DNA of 64,000 nt from an uncultured Gammaproteobacteria bacterium. Lineage in GTDB: Bacteria; Pseudomonadota; Gammaproteobacteria; JABCZS01. The DNA lies in the NCBI GenBank assembly GCA_963848305.1, contig CAWKDC010000003.1, positions 64,001 through 128,000 on the forward strand, given 5' to 3'. Both the position numbers and the translations under genes were made by a program. Under the pieces are notes generated by a model. That model saw only the letters and a program-made list of their open reading frames with translations, made no database searches and was not told the origin of the DNA. Below, piece after piece: positions 9,894 through 24,003 of the stretch. Position 1 is the stretch's first letter. Every line of letters begins with the position of its first letter.

Positions 9894-11225
9894 TTACTGC
9901 ATCCCTTTCATCTGGCTCATCATCTTATTCATATTTCCGCCCTTGCCAAATTTCTTGGCCATTTTCTGCATGGTCATGAACTGTTTCAGCAATTTATTGA
10001 TGACGGGAACGTCTGTGCCGGAGCCCGATGCAATGCGACGTTTGCGTGAAGCGTTGAGCAGATCGGGGAAGCGGCGCTCTTTTGGCGTCATAGAATTGAT
10101 CACTGCTTCAAATTGAACGAGCGAAGAATCATCGAATGGTAGTGCGCCGGTGGGTAAGCGCATGTTACCGGGTAATTTGCTGAGGATCCCTGCAATGCCA
10201 CCCATTTTTTTCATTTCAATCAGCTGATCGCGGAAATCCTCCAAATCAAATTGGCCTTTCTTGAATTTTTTCGCGGCTTTTTCAGCCTTCACTTTATCCG
10301 TTTTTTGTTCCAGTTCTTCAATCAGCGTGAGCACATCGCCCATATCAAGAATGCGCGAGGCAATGCGTTCAGGATGAAATGCTTCTAACGCATCCAGTTT
10401 TTCGCCGACGCCGATAAATTTAATGGGCAAGTTCGTTGTTTTACGCAACGACAAGGCTGCGCCGCCGCGTGCATCGCCGTCTGTTTTGGTGAGAATGAAA
10501 CCGGTCAGTGGGATCAGTTGATGAAACGCTTGTGCAACGGGCAGGGCATCTTGACCCGCCATACTGTCTAATACCAATAAGGATTCAATCGGGTTGGCAG
10601 CGGCATGTACTGCTTTCAATTCTGCCATCAATGTATCGTCAATGTGTAAACGCCCAGCGGTGTCGAGGATAACCACATCTTGCCCACTGCGGAGTGCCGC
10701 ATCAATCGCTTGTTTGGCGATGGTGACAGGGTTGTCTTTTGGGGTGCTGGGGAACCATTGTGCGCCAACTTGTGTCGCCAGGGTTTGAAGCTGATCAATG
10801 GCGGCGGGGCGATACACGTCAAGTGATGCCAGCATGACTTTTTTGTTTTCTTGGATCAGCTTTTTCGCCAGCTTGCCAGTGGTGGTGGTTTTACCGGAGC
10901 CCTGCAAACCCAGCATTAAAATCACCGCAGGGGGTTGGGTGCTGAGATTCAGCGCATCGTTGGTATTCCCCATGAGGGTAACCAATTCATCATGCACAAT
11001 TTTGATGAGTGTGTTGCTACTGCCCAAATGGGTTTCTACTTTTTGGCCCAGTACTTTGGCTTGGATGTCATCAATAAAAGATTTGACCACAGGCAAGGCA
11101 ACATCAGCTTCCAGCAGGGCGAGGCGGATTTCCCGTAAGCTTTCTTTGATATTCTCGGGGGTGAAGATCTGGCCGGTGAATTTCTGCGTGATGTCGAGAA
11201 GACGCTTGGAAAGATCCTTGAACAT
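9894..11225 (-). CDS. ffh: signal recognition particle protein
   Basis: LLEADVALPVV, GLQGSGKTTT, DTAGRL, TKTDGDARGGAALS, Met-rich M domain. Confidence 0.97.
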   Translation of the reverse strand: MFKDLSKRLLDITQKFTGQIFTPENIKESLREIRLALLEADVALPVVKSFIDDIQAKVLGQKVETHLGSSNTLIKIVHDELVTLMGNTNDALNLSTQPPAVILMLGLQGSGKTTTTGKLAKKLIQENKKVMLASLDVYRPAAIDQLQTLATQVGAQWFPSTPKDNPVTIAKQAIDAALRSGQDVVILDTAGRLHIDDTLMAELKAVHAAANPIESLLVLDSMAGQDALPVAQAFHQLIPLTGFILTKTDGDARGGAALSLRKTTNLPIKFIGVGEKLDALEAFHPERIASRILDMGDVLTLIEELEQKTDKVKAEKAAKKFKKGQFDLEDFRDQLIEMKKMGGIAGILSKLPGNMRLPTGALPFDDSSLVQFEAVINSMTPKERRFPDLLNASRKRRIASGSGTDVPVINKLLKQFMTMQKMAKKFGKGGNMNKMMSQMKGMQ

Positions 11226-11315
11226 GGGTAGATTGCCTCTTTGATGAAAAGGCTATTATACATAGACTGCCAAGGCATGGTAAGATGGTGCCTCGTGTTC
11301 AGAGGGATTGTCACA

Positions 11316-12056
11316 TTGATTTTGTACGCCATTGCATTCATTTGCTTGCTGCTTTCGTTTAAGCGTGAAGGGCTGCAGCCTGTATTTTATGCCGCGATGC
11401 TGGCAGCATTGGCGGCACACCTTTATGTGCTGTATCAGTTGATAGACACGCCAACCGGTCAGAACCTCAATGTTTTCAACCTATTCAGTCTTACGACCGC
11501 GCTTTGGGTCGGGATACTCTGTATTGCCAATCTCAAGATATCCCTGAAAAGCTTGTTCATCGTGGTTCTGCCTCTCGCGGGTCTGTCATTGGTGGCGGCT
11601 TTGAAAGTGCGTGCCCCCGGTGTGCCCATAGCCTTGGGCGAGCACCCCTTGGCTTTATGGCATATTTTATCTGCATTAGCGGCTTATGCCCTGCTGGGCG
11701 TGGCCTTTCTCCAGGCCATGGCATTGGCGTTACAACGTCGTTATTTGTCTGAGGCGCCCGCGCATGGGGCCTTACGTTTCCTGCCGCCACTGGAATCTAT
11801 GCAAACGCTGATGATGGCCGTGATACTCGCAGCGTTTGTAGCATTATCACTGGCTTTGATATTGGGGGTATTGGCCCATGCGGAGGCGGGGATTGTCTCG
11901 TTTAAAAATGTGGTATCGTTGGGGGTTTGGGGGTTATGTGCCCTGTTGTTGGGTGTTTATTACCGTTTCGGGCTGACGGTGCGGTATGCTATTCTTGGTA
12001 CTGGGATTGCTTGGATTGGCCTGTCGATGGCCTATTTATGGGGAGTGATATGGTAG
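11316..12056 (+). CDS. ypjD: YpjD/CcsA-like inner membrane protein (start uncertain; open from 11241)
   Basis: Multiple TM helices, GQNLNVFN, LPPLESMQ; divergent from ffh and upstream of a CNNM gene, the conserved arrangement. Confidence 0.75.
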   Translation: MILYAIAFICLLLSFKREGLQPVFYAAMLAALAAHLYVLYQLIDTPTGQNLNVFNLFSLTTALWVGILCIANLKISLKSLFIVVLPLAGLSLVAALKVRAPGVPIALGEHPLALWHILSALAAYALLGVAFLQAMALALQRRYLSEAPAHGALRFLPPLESMQTLMMAVILAAFVALSLALILGVLAHAEAGIVSFKNVVSLGVWGLCALLLGVYYRFGLTVRYAILGTGIAWIGLSMAYLWGVIW

Positions 12057-13321
12057 ACAGTATTTCAACGGGCGTTCTGCTCGGGGCATTGGTGGTGTTA
12101 CTGATGTTTTCAGCATTTTTTTCGGCCGCCGAAACGGCACTCATGGCTGTCAACCGTTATCGCTTACGCCATTTGGCGAATAAGCACCATCGCGGTGCGA
12201 TGCTGGCAGAGCGCCTGTTGCAACGTCCTGATCGGCTCCTAGGCACTATTTTAATCGGTAATAATTTCGCTAATATTTTTGCTTCGAGCATCACCACGAT
12301 CATTGCCTTGCGGTATTGGCAAGATCTGGGTTTGGCTTTGGCCACAGTGGCGTTGACAGTGGCGATTTTGATTTTTGGCGAAGTCACCCCGAAAACCTTG
12401 GCGGCATTCAAAGCGAATCGCTTGGCTGTGTTGGTGAGTTTCCCTTTATTAATCCTGCAAAAAATATTGTATCCCATGGTTTGGATGGTGAATGCCGTGT
12501 CTAATTTGTTACTGCGTTTATGCGGTGTCGATCAGAATTCGGCTGCCAGCGAGCATTTATCGATGGAAGAATTGCGCACCGTGGTGGATGAAGCGGCAGG
12601 ACGGATCCCGAGCCGTCATAAACATATGTTGTTGAGGATTTTGGATTTGAAAGAAATGACGGTGGAAGACATCATGGTGCCTCGCCATGAAATTGTCGGG
12701 GTGGATTTGGATGACGATTGGCCAACCATTGTTAATGTGTTGCGTGAATCACAGCACACGCGTTTACCACTTTATCAAGAAAGGGTTGAAAATATCATTG
12801 GCATGCTGCACTTGCGCGATGTGCTGAATTTTCTGGGGGGTGATTTACCCGATGATCCTAATGCATGTAAAGATGCCTTAAAAGCCTTGTCGCGCGAAGT
12901 ATATTATTTGCCTGAAAGCACGCCGCTCACCACGCAATTATTGAATTTTCAAAACCGTAAGGAGCGGATGGGTGTGGTCGTGGATGAGTACGGTGATGTG
13001 CTCGGCCTGGTCGCTTTGGAAGATATTTTGGAGGAAATTGTCGGGGAATTCACCACTGACATGGCGTCCAATATCCAAGAAATCCACCCTCAAATGGATG
13101 GGACATTCTGGATTGATGGCAGCGTCAGCGTGCGTGAATTGAATCGCCAATTGCACTGGGATTTGCCGACCGATGGACCTAAGACATTGAATGGCTTGAT
13201 TTTGGAGTATTTGGAGTTGATGCCTACCCCTGGTGTGTGTTTAAGAATCAAAGGCTATCCTATGGAGATTTTGGAGACAGGGGAGCAAAAGATTAAAATG
13301 GTGAAAATCAGCGCGCGGTAG
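12050..13321 (+). CDS. HlyC/CorC (CNNM, DUF21-CBS-CorC) family transporter
   Basis: SAFFSAAETA, ILIGNNFANI, FGEVTPKT, CBS pair, VVDEYG, LEDILEEIVGEF. Confidence 0.93.
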   Translation: MVDSISTGVLLGALVVLLMFSAFFSAAETALMAVNRYRLRHLANKHHRGAMLAERLLQRPDRLLGTILIGNNFANIFASSITTIIALRYWQDLGLALATVALTVAILIFGEVTPKTLAAFKANRLAVLVSFPLLILQKILYPMVWMVNAVSNLLLRLCGVDQNSAASEHLSMEELRTVVDEAAGRIPSRHKHMLLRILDLKEMTVEDIMVPRHEIVGVDLDDDWPTIVNVLRESQHTRLPLYQERVENIIGMLHLRDVLNFLGGDLPDDPNACKDALKALSREVYYLPESTPLTTQLLNFQNRKERMGVVVDEYGDVLGLVALEDILEEIVGEFTTDMASNIQEIHPQMDGTFWIDGSVSVRELNRQLHWDLPTDGPKTLNGLILEYLELMPTPGVCLRIKGYPMEILETGEQKIKMVKISAR

Positions 13322-13378
13322 GCAGTATATCAATCCTGCTTTACAGTCATTGTAATCCATAGTAGGATGCGCCTTCTT

Positions 13379-13468
13379 GGAGAGATGCCAGAGAGGCTGA
13401 ATGGGACGGTCTCGAAAACCGTTGTACGGTTCTCCGTACCGAGGGTTCGAATCCCTCTCTCTCCGCCA
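13379..13468 (+). tRNA. tRNA-Ser(CGA)
   Basis: GGAGAGA...TCTCTCC-GCCA acceptor stem, anticodon arm ACGGT-CTCGAAA-ACCGT, long variable arm, GGTTCGAATCC; 90 nt. Confidence 0.96.
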
Positions 13469-13490
13469 AAAATATTAGGTGGCCCAGAAG

Positions 13491-13796
13491 CACCTAATAT
13501 TTTTGATGACAGTGGGTTCGAACCCGAGCAGAGGGTTCGACAAAACGGCAGGATTGCCGTTTTGGACTCGAGCGCAGCGAGAGCCCCAAAGGGGTTCGCG
13601 CCATGGATGGCGCGAATCAATCCCTCTCTCTCCGCCAAAACAAAAGGGCCACCTAATATTTTTGATGACAGTGGGTTCGAACCCGAGCAGAGGGTTCGAC
13701 AAAACGGCAGGATTGCCGTTTTGGACTCGAGCGCAGCGAGAGCCCCAAAGGGGTTCGCGCCATGGATGGCGCGAATCAATCCCTCTCTTTCCACCA
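13491..13796 (+). repeat. two tandem ~147-bp tRNA-linked repeats (period 159 bp), each ending in a copy of the tRNA 3' end
   Basis: 13491-13637 and 13650-13796 are near-identical and end AATCCCTCTCTCTCCGCCA and AATCCCTCTCTTTCCACCA. Confidence 0.9.
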
Positions 13797-13802
13797 GATC
13801 AT

Positions 13803-13846
13803 TATAGGGGCGCCTGCGGCGCACGGGCGGAATACCCGCCCCTATA
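13803..13846. repeat. REP-like palindrome (TAGGGGCG...CGCCCCTA)
   Basis: tataggggcg...gggcggaatacccgcccctata resembles copies at 38-62 and 22202-22226. Confidence 0.55.
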
Positions 13847-13908
13847 AACTACCCGCATGTAAATCTGTTAGAATAAGCATAAGTGCGGCGCGCTACAAGG
13901 AAAGCTAA

Positions 13909-17898
<3,990 letters not shown>

Positions 17899-17902
<4 letters not shown>

Positions 17903-18585
17903 ACGAGCCTCAATATTTCGCGATCATTCCTTCGGCAGGTTCTGGCTCTCGCATGCAACGCAAAATGCCCAAACAATATCTGTTATTGGAAGGGCAAACG
18001 ATCTTGGCGCACACGTTGTCTCGCTTATCTGACGCAAACATTTTTCAATACATGGTATTGGTTTTATCGCCGCATGATACGCAGGGGGCAGTCGTCACAC
18101 ATGGCATTGATCATTTATCGATTGTCACGGGCGGCGAACACCGTGTCGATTCAGTGCGCAATGGGTTGAAAGCGCTCAAAGACATCGCTTCTCCAAATGA
18201 TTGGGTGTTTGTGCATGATGCTGCACGTCCTTTGATTACTGTTGAAGATATCCTACTGCTCAAAGACACCATCAAAGATGATCCTGTCGGGGGTATTTTG
18301 GGTTTTCCTATCGCAGACACGCTGAAAAAATGTGATAATGCCGGCAATATCATCAGCACGGTGTCACGCGAAAATCTTTGGGCTGCTCAAACGCCGCAAG
18401 CGTTTCGTTATCATGTGTTATGTCAGGCATTGGCTGATGAATCTCTGATATTCACAGATGAATCGGCTGCGGTCGAGCAACTGGGATTGTCAGTGAAAAT
18501 GGTGAAGGGCAGTGCGAGCAATATTAAAATCACTTATCCACACGATTTATCGTTGGCAAACTTTTTTTTGAAGGAGAATGTCTGA
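17899..18585 (+). CDS. ispD: 2-C-methyl-D-erythritol 4-phosphate cytidylyltransferase
   Basis: AGSGSRM..PKQY, VHDAARP, AQTPQAF, NIKITYP. Confidence 0.96.
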
Positions 18586-19079
18586 TGCGGGTGGGGCACG
18601 GTTTTGATGTTCATCGTTTTTGTGAAGGGGATCACATCATGATGGGGGGCGTCAGCATTCCTCACACGCACGGCATTGATGCGCACTCTGACGGTGATGT
18701 ATTATTGCATGCCTTGTGTGATGCCTTATTAGGCGCTGCGGGTTTGGGTGACATCGGTCATTTTTATCCCTCGACAGACAAAGCGTTTGAAGGATTGGAC
18801 AGTCGCATTTTTTTGCGTGATGTGTATGCCAAAGTGCGCGAAGCAGGGTGGATGTTGGCAAATGCGGATATGACGATCATTGCGCAGACGCCTAAAATGT
18901 CACCCTTGCGTGATGTGATGCGTGATTGTGTAGCGAATACGTTAGACGTGCCTGTGTCAGCTATTAATATTAAATCGACAACCACGGATGGGTTAGGTTA
19001 TACTGGCCGCAAAGAGGGCATTGCTGTTCATGCGGTGGTACTGCTCATTCAGAGTCATATGAAAAAGGAATCAAGATGA
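18585..19079 (+). CDS. ispF: 2-C-methyl-D-erythritol 2,4-cyclodiphosphate synthase
   Basis: [25 protein letters not shown]. Confidence 0.97.
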   Translation: MRVGHGFDVHRFCEGDHIMMGGVSIPHTHGIDAHSDGDVLLHALCDALLGAAGLGDIGHFYPSTDKAFEGLDSRIFLRDVYAKVREAGWMLANADMTIIAQTPKMSPLRDVMRDCVANTLDVPVSAINIKSTTTDGLGYTGRKEGIAVHAVVLLIQSHMKKESR

Positions 19080-19822
19080 AAATTTTAGTCAGTAACGATG
19101 ATGGTGTGTACGCTCCTGGGATTGATTGTTTGGCGAAAGCATTGGCAACGGTCGGGGAAGTCACCGTGGTAGCGCCTGATCGCAATCAAAGTGGTGCAAG
19201 TAATTCACTCACCCTCGATAGACCCTTGCGCGTGACCCAAACTTCAAACGGTTACCACAGTGTCAACGGAACCCCAACGGATTCTGTCCACTTAGCCATC
19301 ACAGGGTTGTTTGATACAGAGCCAGATATCGTTGTGGCGGGCATTAATAATGGTGCGAACTTGGGGGATGATGTGGTGTACTCAGGGACAGTGGCTGCGG
19401 CGACAGAAGGACGTTTTTTAGGATATCCTGCCATTGCAGTCTCACTCGCCAGCAAGGATGAGAAACATTATGACACAGCAGCCAAAGCCGTGTTGCGTAT
19501 TGTCGGTCATTTAAAAGCATTCCCATTACCACCTGATACCATTTTAAATGTGAACGTGCCTGATATTCCTTTCGAAGAGATCAAAGGGTATGAAATCACC
19601 CGTTTAGGCAACCGCCATCGCGCTGAGCCTGTCTTGGTGAACACAGATCCGCGTGGCCGTGTGATTTACTGGGTTGGCTCGGCAGGCGCAGAGGGAGACG
19701 CTGGTGAAGGCACAGACTTCGACGCGATTCGCCGTCACTATGTGTCTATCACGCCGCTGCAAATTGATTTGACGCGTTATACTGCATTGGCGCCTTTACG
19801 GGAATGGATTTCTACTTTATAA
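19076..19822 (+). CDS. surE: 5'/3'-nucleotidase SurE
   Basis: [32 protein letters not shown]. Confidence 0.97.
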   Translation: MKILVSNDDGVYAPGIDCLAKALATVGEVTVVAPDRNQSGASNSLTLDRPLRVTQTSNGYHSVNGTPTDSVHLAITGLFDTEPDIVVAGINNGANLGDDVVYSGTVAAATEGRFLGYPAIAVSLASKDEKHYDTAAKAVLRIVGHLKAFPLPPDTILNVNVPDIPFEEIKGYEITRLGNRHRAEPVLVNTDPRGRVIYWVGSAGAEGDAGEGTDFDAIRRHYVSITPLQIDLTRYTALAPLREWISTL

Positions 19823-19834
19823 AGGGACGGAACC

Positions 19835-20420
19835 ATGTTTTTCGCACGATTATATTTGAAGGTCATGCAATGGGCGCGCTCGCGCTACGCGGATTATATT
19901 TTGGCGGCAGTGAGCTTCACTGAATCCATGATTTTCCCCATTCCTCCTGATGTGATGCTCATGCCCATGGCGATGGCTCGGCCTGAGCGTGCATTTTATT
20001 TGGGAACCCTCACCACAGTTTTTTCTGTGTTGGGCGGGATTGCTGGTTACGGCATTGGATTGTGGGCATTTCCAACAATTGTTGAGCCTTTACTCAATCA
20101 TTTAGGCTATATGCCTCAGTATGAAAGGGTACATGAGTGGTTCATGACGTGGGGTTTTTGGGTTGTCGTGTTGGCTGGTTTTACCCCTATTCCTTACAAA
20201 ATTTTCACAGTGACTGCGGGGATGGTGGGCATTGCATTTTTGCCTTTCGTATTGGCATCCATGCTGGGACGGGGCGCGCGGTTTTATTTGGTGGCCTTCT
20301 TGATGGCGAAGGGAGTGTCCCAAATTGGAACAAGCCATTCATGATGGATTGGTGCGGTTTGGTTGGGTACTTGTGGGTATTTTCGTGGTGATTGTGGTGG
20401 CGTATGGCATTCTCCACTGA
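19835..20420 (+). CDS. yqaA: YqaA/DedA (SNARE-associated) membrane protein, apparent +1 frameshift near 20315
   Basis: SFTESMIFPIPPD, FTPIPYK. The expected C-terminus PKLEQAIHDGLVRFGWVLVGIFVVIVVAYGILH* continues in another frame to TGA at 20420. Confidence 0.85.
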
Positions 20421-21027
20421 TCATTGGTTAAAGATTTTTGTCACAGGTGTGTTATTGCTGAGCCTACTGGGCTGTTCACAAAAGCCACATTACAAAGCGC
20501 CTGTGACAGATCTCACGCACACAAAACAGCAGATCAAACCCCAAGCTAAACTTCAAGCTAAAAAAGAAGCTCAACCTGTGGCAAAAAAAACAAAGAACGT
20601 CTATACTGAGCCGGAGGCCTTATCATCAGCAACTGCAGCCCTGCCAAAAGGTGCAGTAGATTGGCAATGGCCCGCTCAGGGGCGCGTTATAGCCAATTTC
20701 TCAAGCGAAAATGCGAAAAAAGGCATTGATATTGGCGGCAAAAACGGGCAACCTATATTAGCAGCTGCGCCAGGTGTTGTGGTATACAGTGGAAGTGGTC
20801 TGCGGGGTTATGGCCAGATGGTGATTATCAAGCACAACGATTTGTTTTTAAGTGCTTATGCTCACAACAGTCGCCTTTTGGTCAAAGAGGGTGATGTGGT
20901 GAAAGCACACAGTAAGATTGCAGAAATGGGGCAAACAGATACTGAAACTGTTCGCCTACATTTTGAAATACGTAAAAATGGGATGCCGGTGGGCCCTATG
21001 CTTTATTTGCCCAAACGTGCTGGGTAA
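20404..21027 (+). CDS. nlpD: NlpD-like M23 lipoprotein (murein hydrolase activator), no LysM visible
   Basis: Lipobox LLGC, WQWPAQG, KGIDI, GLRGYG, SAYAHN, LHFEIR; directly upstream of rpoS. Confidence 0.88.
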   Translation: MAFSTDHWLKIFVTGVLLLSLLGCSQKPHYKAPVTDLTHTKQQIKPQAKLQAKKEAQPVAKKTKNVYTEPEALSSATAALPKGAVDWQWPAQGRVIANFSSENAKKGIDIGGKNGQPILAAAPGVVVYSGSGLRGYGQMVIIKHNDLFLSAYAHNSRLLVKEGDVVKAHSKIAEMGQTDTETVRLHFEIRKNGMPVGPMLYLPKRAG

Positions 21028-21087
21028 CATGAGGTGTGGTAGAATGCCGCCATAATGGAATATATGATTATCATGGATGGTGCCGCT

Positions 21088-22167
21088 ATGAGTCCAAAAT
21101 ATGATTTGCTAGTAGAAGATTTGGATCCTTTAGAACATGATACCGAAGAGGGGCTCTTAGACGGAGCTGATGAAGAGGTCAAAGAGATCGACGATATTGA
21201 AGATGTCGATGAAGTGGCAGAGCTTGGTGTTGTCGAGATCGATATTCCTGGACTGGATGAAGGGCTGGACACCGATGCTGATCCCTTACAACCTGCTGGT
21301 CGTAAATCCCGTAAACTTCAGATTCAACGCAAAGTGGCTGATGCGACTCAAATGTATTTGGGTGAGATCGGCTTTTCTCCTTTATTATCCGCAGAGGAAG
21401 AAGTTCATTTTTCCCGTCTGGCATTGAAAGGCGACATTCCTTCCCGTAAACGCATGATTGAAAGCAATTTGCGTTTGGTCGTTAAAATTGCGCGTCGGTA
21501 TATCAATCGCGGGTTACCCTTACTTGATTTGATCGAAGAAGGTAACCTTGGTTTGATCCGCGCGGTTGAAAAATTTGATCCTGAACGGGGTTTTCGTTTT
21601 TCAACGTATGCCACGTGGTGGATCCGCCAAACGATTGAGCGTGCGATCATGAATCAAACGCGCACAATCCGTTTGCCTATCCATGTTGTGAAAGAACTGA
21701 ATATTTATTTGCGTGCAGCACGAGAACTGGCGCAGGCACTCGATCATGAGCCTAGCCCCGAAGAAATCGCAGATCTGCTTGATCGCCCCCTCAGCGATGT
21801 GAAGCGTATGTTGGGGTTGAATGAAACGGTGGTCACATCTGTTGAAGATCCCCTCGGCACAGACTCAGACAAAACAGTGCTCGATACATTGGCTGATGAA
21901 CAAAACATTGATCCTGCTGAAATGTTGCAAGATGAAAACTTGCGCCAAAGCATAGACGATTGGTTGTCTGAATTGAGCGAAAAGCAACGTGAAGTCGTTG
22001 TGCGTCGTTTTGGATTGCGCGGATATGAAATTTCAACATTGGAAGAAGTGGGCTTGGCCATCGGCTTGACCCGCGAACGCGTCCGTCAAATTCAAGTCGA
22101 AGCCTTGAAACGGTTGAGAGAGATTTTGGAGCGGCAGGGATTGTCGGAAGATTCTCTGTTTACATAA
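21088..22167 (+). CDS. rpoS: RNA polymerase sigma factor RpoS (start uncertain; open from 21055)
   Basis: [67 protein letters not shown]. Confidence 0.96.
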   Translation: MSPKYDLLVEDLDPLEHDTEEGLLDGADEEVKEIDDIEDVDEVAELGVVEIDIPGLDEGLDTDADPLQPAGRKSRKLQIQRKVADATQMYLGEIGFSPLLSAEEEVHFSRLALKGDIPSRKRMIESNLRLVVKIARRYINRGLPLLDLIEEGNLGLIRAVEKFDPERGFRFSTYATWWIRQTIERAIMNQTRTIRLPIHVVKELNIYLRAARELAQALDHEPSPEEIADLLDRPLSDVKRMLGLNETVVTSVEDPLGTDSDKTVLDTLADEQNIDPAEMLQDENLRQSIDDWLSELSEKQREVVVRRFGLRGYEISTLEEVGLAIGLTRERVRQIQVEALKRLREILERQGLSEDSLFT

Positions 22168-22183
22168 GTGTTACCATTAAGAC

Positions 22184-22226
22184 GCGCCCACACGGGCGCA
22201 TGGGCGAAAGTATCCGCCCCTACAAC
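22184..22226. repeat. GTAG-type REP-like palindrome overlapping the stop codon of the methyltransferase gene
   Basis: gcgcccacacgggcgc plus gggcgaaagtatccgcccctacaac. Confidence 0.55.
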
Positions 22227-23389
22227 ACCCGTACCATCACCCACTTTAAATACTCCCCCTCGGGGTACGCGGGATTCACGGGATGGTCGGGGCCGCTGCC
22301 GCCCGTAGCGATGATCTGAATGTGGCGCTTGCAACCCATTGCGGCTTCTAATAATAACCGTTTGAAGGTGGTTAAATCCATCGCGCTTGAGCAACTGCAG
22401 GTGAGCAGTAAACCATTCGCAGGTAAATGCGCGATGGCTTCGCGGTTCAGCTTCAAATAATGGGATTTTGCTTTGGCAACATGCTGCCGACTCGGTGCGA
22501 GTTTGGGCGGATCTAAAATGATAAAATCATAGCCTGTGTGGGTTTGAATTGCTTTCATGGCATCATTTTCTTCGAAACGCACGTTACTGAAATGATTGAG
22601 CTGCGCATTTTTTTCGGCGAGTTGAATAGCCAGCGCGGAGGAATCAATCCCCAAGACGCTTTCTGCGCCACCCAATGCGGCATTCAAACTGAACCCGCCA
22701 GTGTAGCAAAATGTATCTAATACGCGACGGCCTTTGGCACATTCGCGTACCCATAATCGCGTGTTGCGCTGATCACAATAAAAACCTGTTTTTTGAGCGG
22801 ATGTAAAATCGATTTCAAATTTGACATCGTTTTCAAGCACTTCAACAGTGGGTGAGGGGTTGTCGAGTTTGGGTAACTCGGTCATCCCTTCTTGTGAGAG
22901 GGGTTTTGATTGAAAGCGGATAATAAAGGTTGTGTTCGGGAAAATAGCTGCGCACGCAGACTTTAATACCTCTAAATGAACAACTGCCCAACCAGCGCTG
23001 ATGGCAATCACGCCTGTGCTCGCATACAGATCGATCGTCACCCCTGACAATCCATCGCCCTCACTGTTCAACAAGCGATAGGCAGTGGTGTGTGCAGGAT
23101 CAATAAATACCTCTCTGAGGGTCAGTGCTTGCTTGAGCCGATGTTGAATAACCTCATCGAGGGAAGTGAGGTGCTCATGTGCCCAAGCCAAGATACGTAC
23201 ACGATAGAGGGAGTTTGGGTTGTACACGCCCAACCCAATGGGCACGCCATCGCTGTCTGAAACGGTAACACACTCACCCAGCTGTGGTTCGCGCGAGATC
23301 GCCATAAGAGCGCGGGGGTAGACAAAGGGATTGCCCGCCCACAGAGGCTTTGCAAAGCCGGGCTTGAGCGTTAGGTTTGGAAAAGTCAT
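22220..23389 (-). CDS. rlmI: RlmI/RlmK-like SAM-dependent rRNA methyltransferase
   Basis: PUA-like N-terminus, NSEGDGLSG, QKTGFYCDQR, VLDTFCYTGGF, ILDPP, TCSCS, DHP..PEGEYLK. Confidence 0.88.
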   Translation of the reverse strand: MTFPNLTLKPGFAKPLWAGNPFVYPRALMAISREPQLGECVTVSDSDGVPIGLGVYNPNSLYRVRILAWAHEHLTSLDEVIQHRLKQALTLREVFIDPAHTTAYRLLNSEGDGLSGVTIDLYASTGVIAISAGWAVVHLEVLKSACAAIFPNTTFIIRFQSKPLSQEGMTELPKLDNPSPTVEVLENDVKFEIDFTSAQKTGFYCDQRNTRLWVRECAKGRRVLDTFCYTGGFSLNAALGGAESVLGIDSSALAIQLAEKNAQLNHFSNVRFEENDAMKAIQTHTGYDFIILDPPKLAPSRQHVAKAKSHYLKLNREAIAHLPANGLLLTCSCSSAMDLTTFKRLLLEAAMGCKRHIQIIATGGSGPDHPVNPAYPEGEYLKWVMVRVL

Positions 23390-23458
23390 GTGTCCCCACT
23401 GGTTGGCGAAAAACGACATTGTATCTTATAATTCAGGAACATTGGAAGGAGAAGCACG

Positions 23459-23914
23459 ATGAGATTATTGATTTCGATTTGTATGCTTGTTTTAGCAATG
23501 CCCTTGTTTGCCTCCAAGGAGTTATCTCCAGTAGGTAAATGGACGACATATATTGAAAATACTGAAACACCCGAGAGTATCGTTGAAATATATTGGGACA
23601 AAAAGCACCAGGTTTACAATGGTAAAATTGTGAAATCGTTGACCCCTTTCGATCCTGCCGCGCCCACGGTTTGTCAGAACTGCAAGGGGCGTTTTGCAGG
23701 TAAAAAGATTCAGGGGCTTGAATTTTTATGGGGTTTTGTCCAAAGTGATGACAACCCACGGGTGTATCAAGACGGCCATGTGCTGGATCCCCGTAATGGC
23801 AATGAATACAATGCCAAAATGACCCTCAAAGATGGTGGCGACGTTCTTGAATTTAGAGGATATATGGGTATTTCCCTGTTTGGCGGTTCTCGTACCTGGA
23901 CACGGGTGAAATAA
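23459..23914 (+). CDS. DUF2147 family exported protein
   Basis: Signal peptide, SPVGKWTT, CQNC, GHVLDPRNG.EY, RGYMGISLFG.SRTWTR. Confidence 0.85.
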   Translation: MRLLISICMLVLAMPLFASKELSPVGKWTTYIENTETPESIVEIYWDKKHQVYNGKIVKSLTPFDPAAPTVCQNCKGRFAGKKIQGLEFLWGFVQSDDNPRVYQDGHVLDPRNGNEYNAKMTLKDGGDVLEFRGYMGISLFGGSRTWTRVK

Positions 23915-24003
23915 CAAATCACTTCCTAGGGCGGTGAAGATAGTCGCTCTCGTCCTTATTTTATTAGGTTAGGCCTTTGACACATTGATAGATTCTTGTT
24001 AGA

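Noticed and set aside
13491-13796. Possible CRISPR array or prophage att sites
   Set aside because: The units are ~147 bp and identical with no unique spacers; no cas or integrase gene is nearby.
13330-13847. Overlapping ORFs of 75-164 aa with duplicated peptides
   Set aside because: They are translations of the tRNA-Ser gene and its tandem non-coding repeats.
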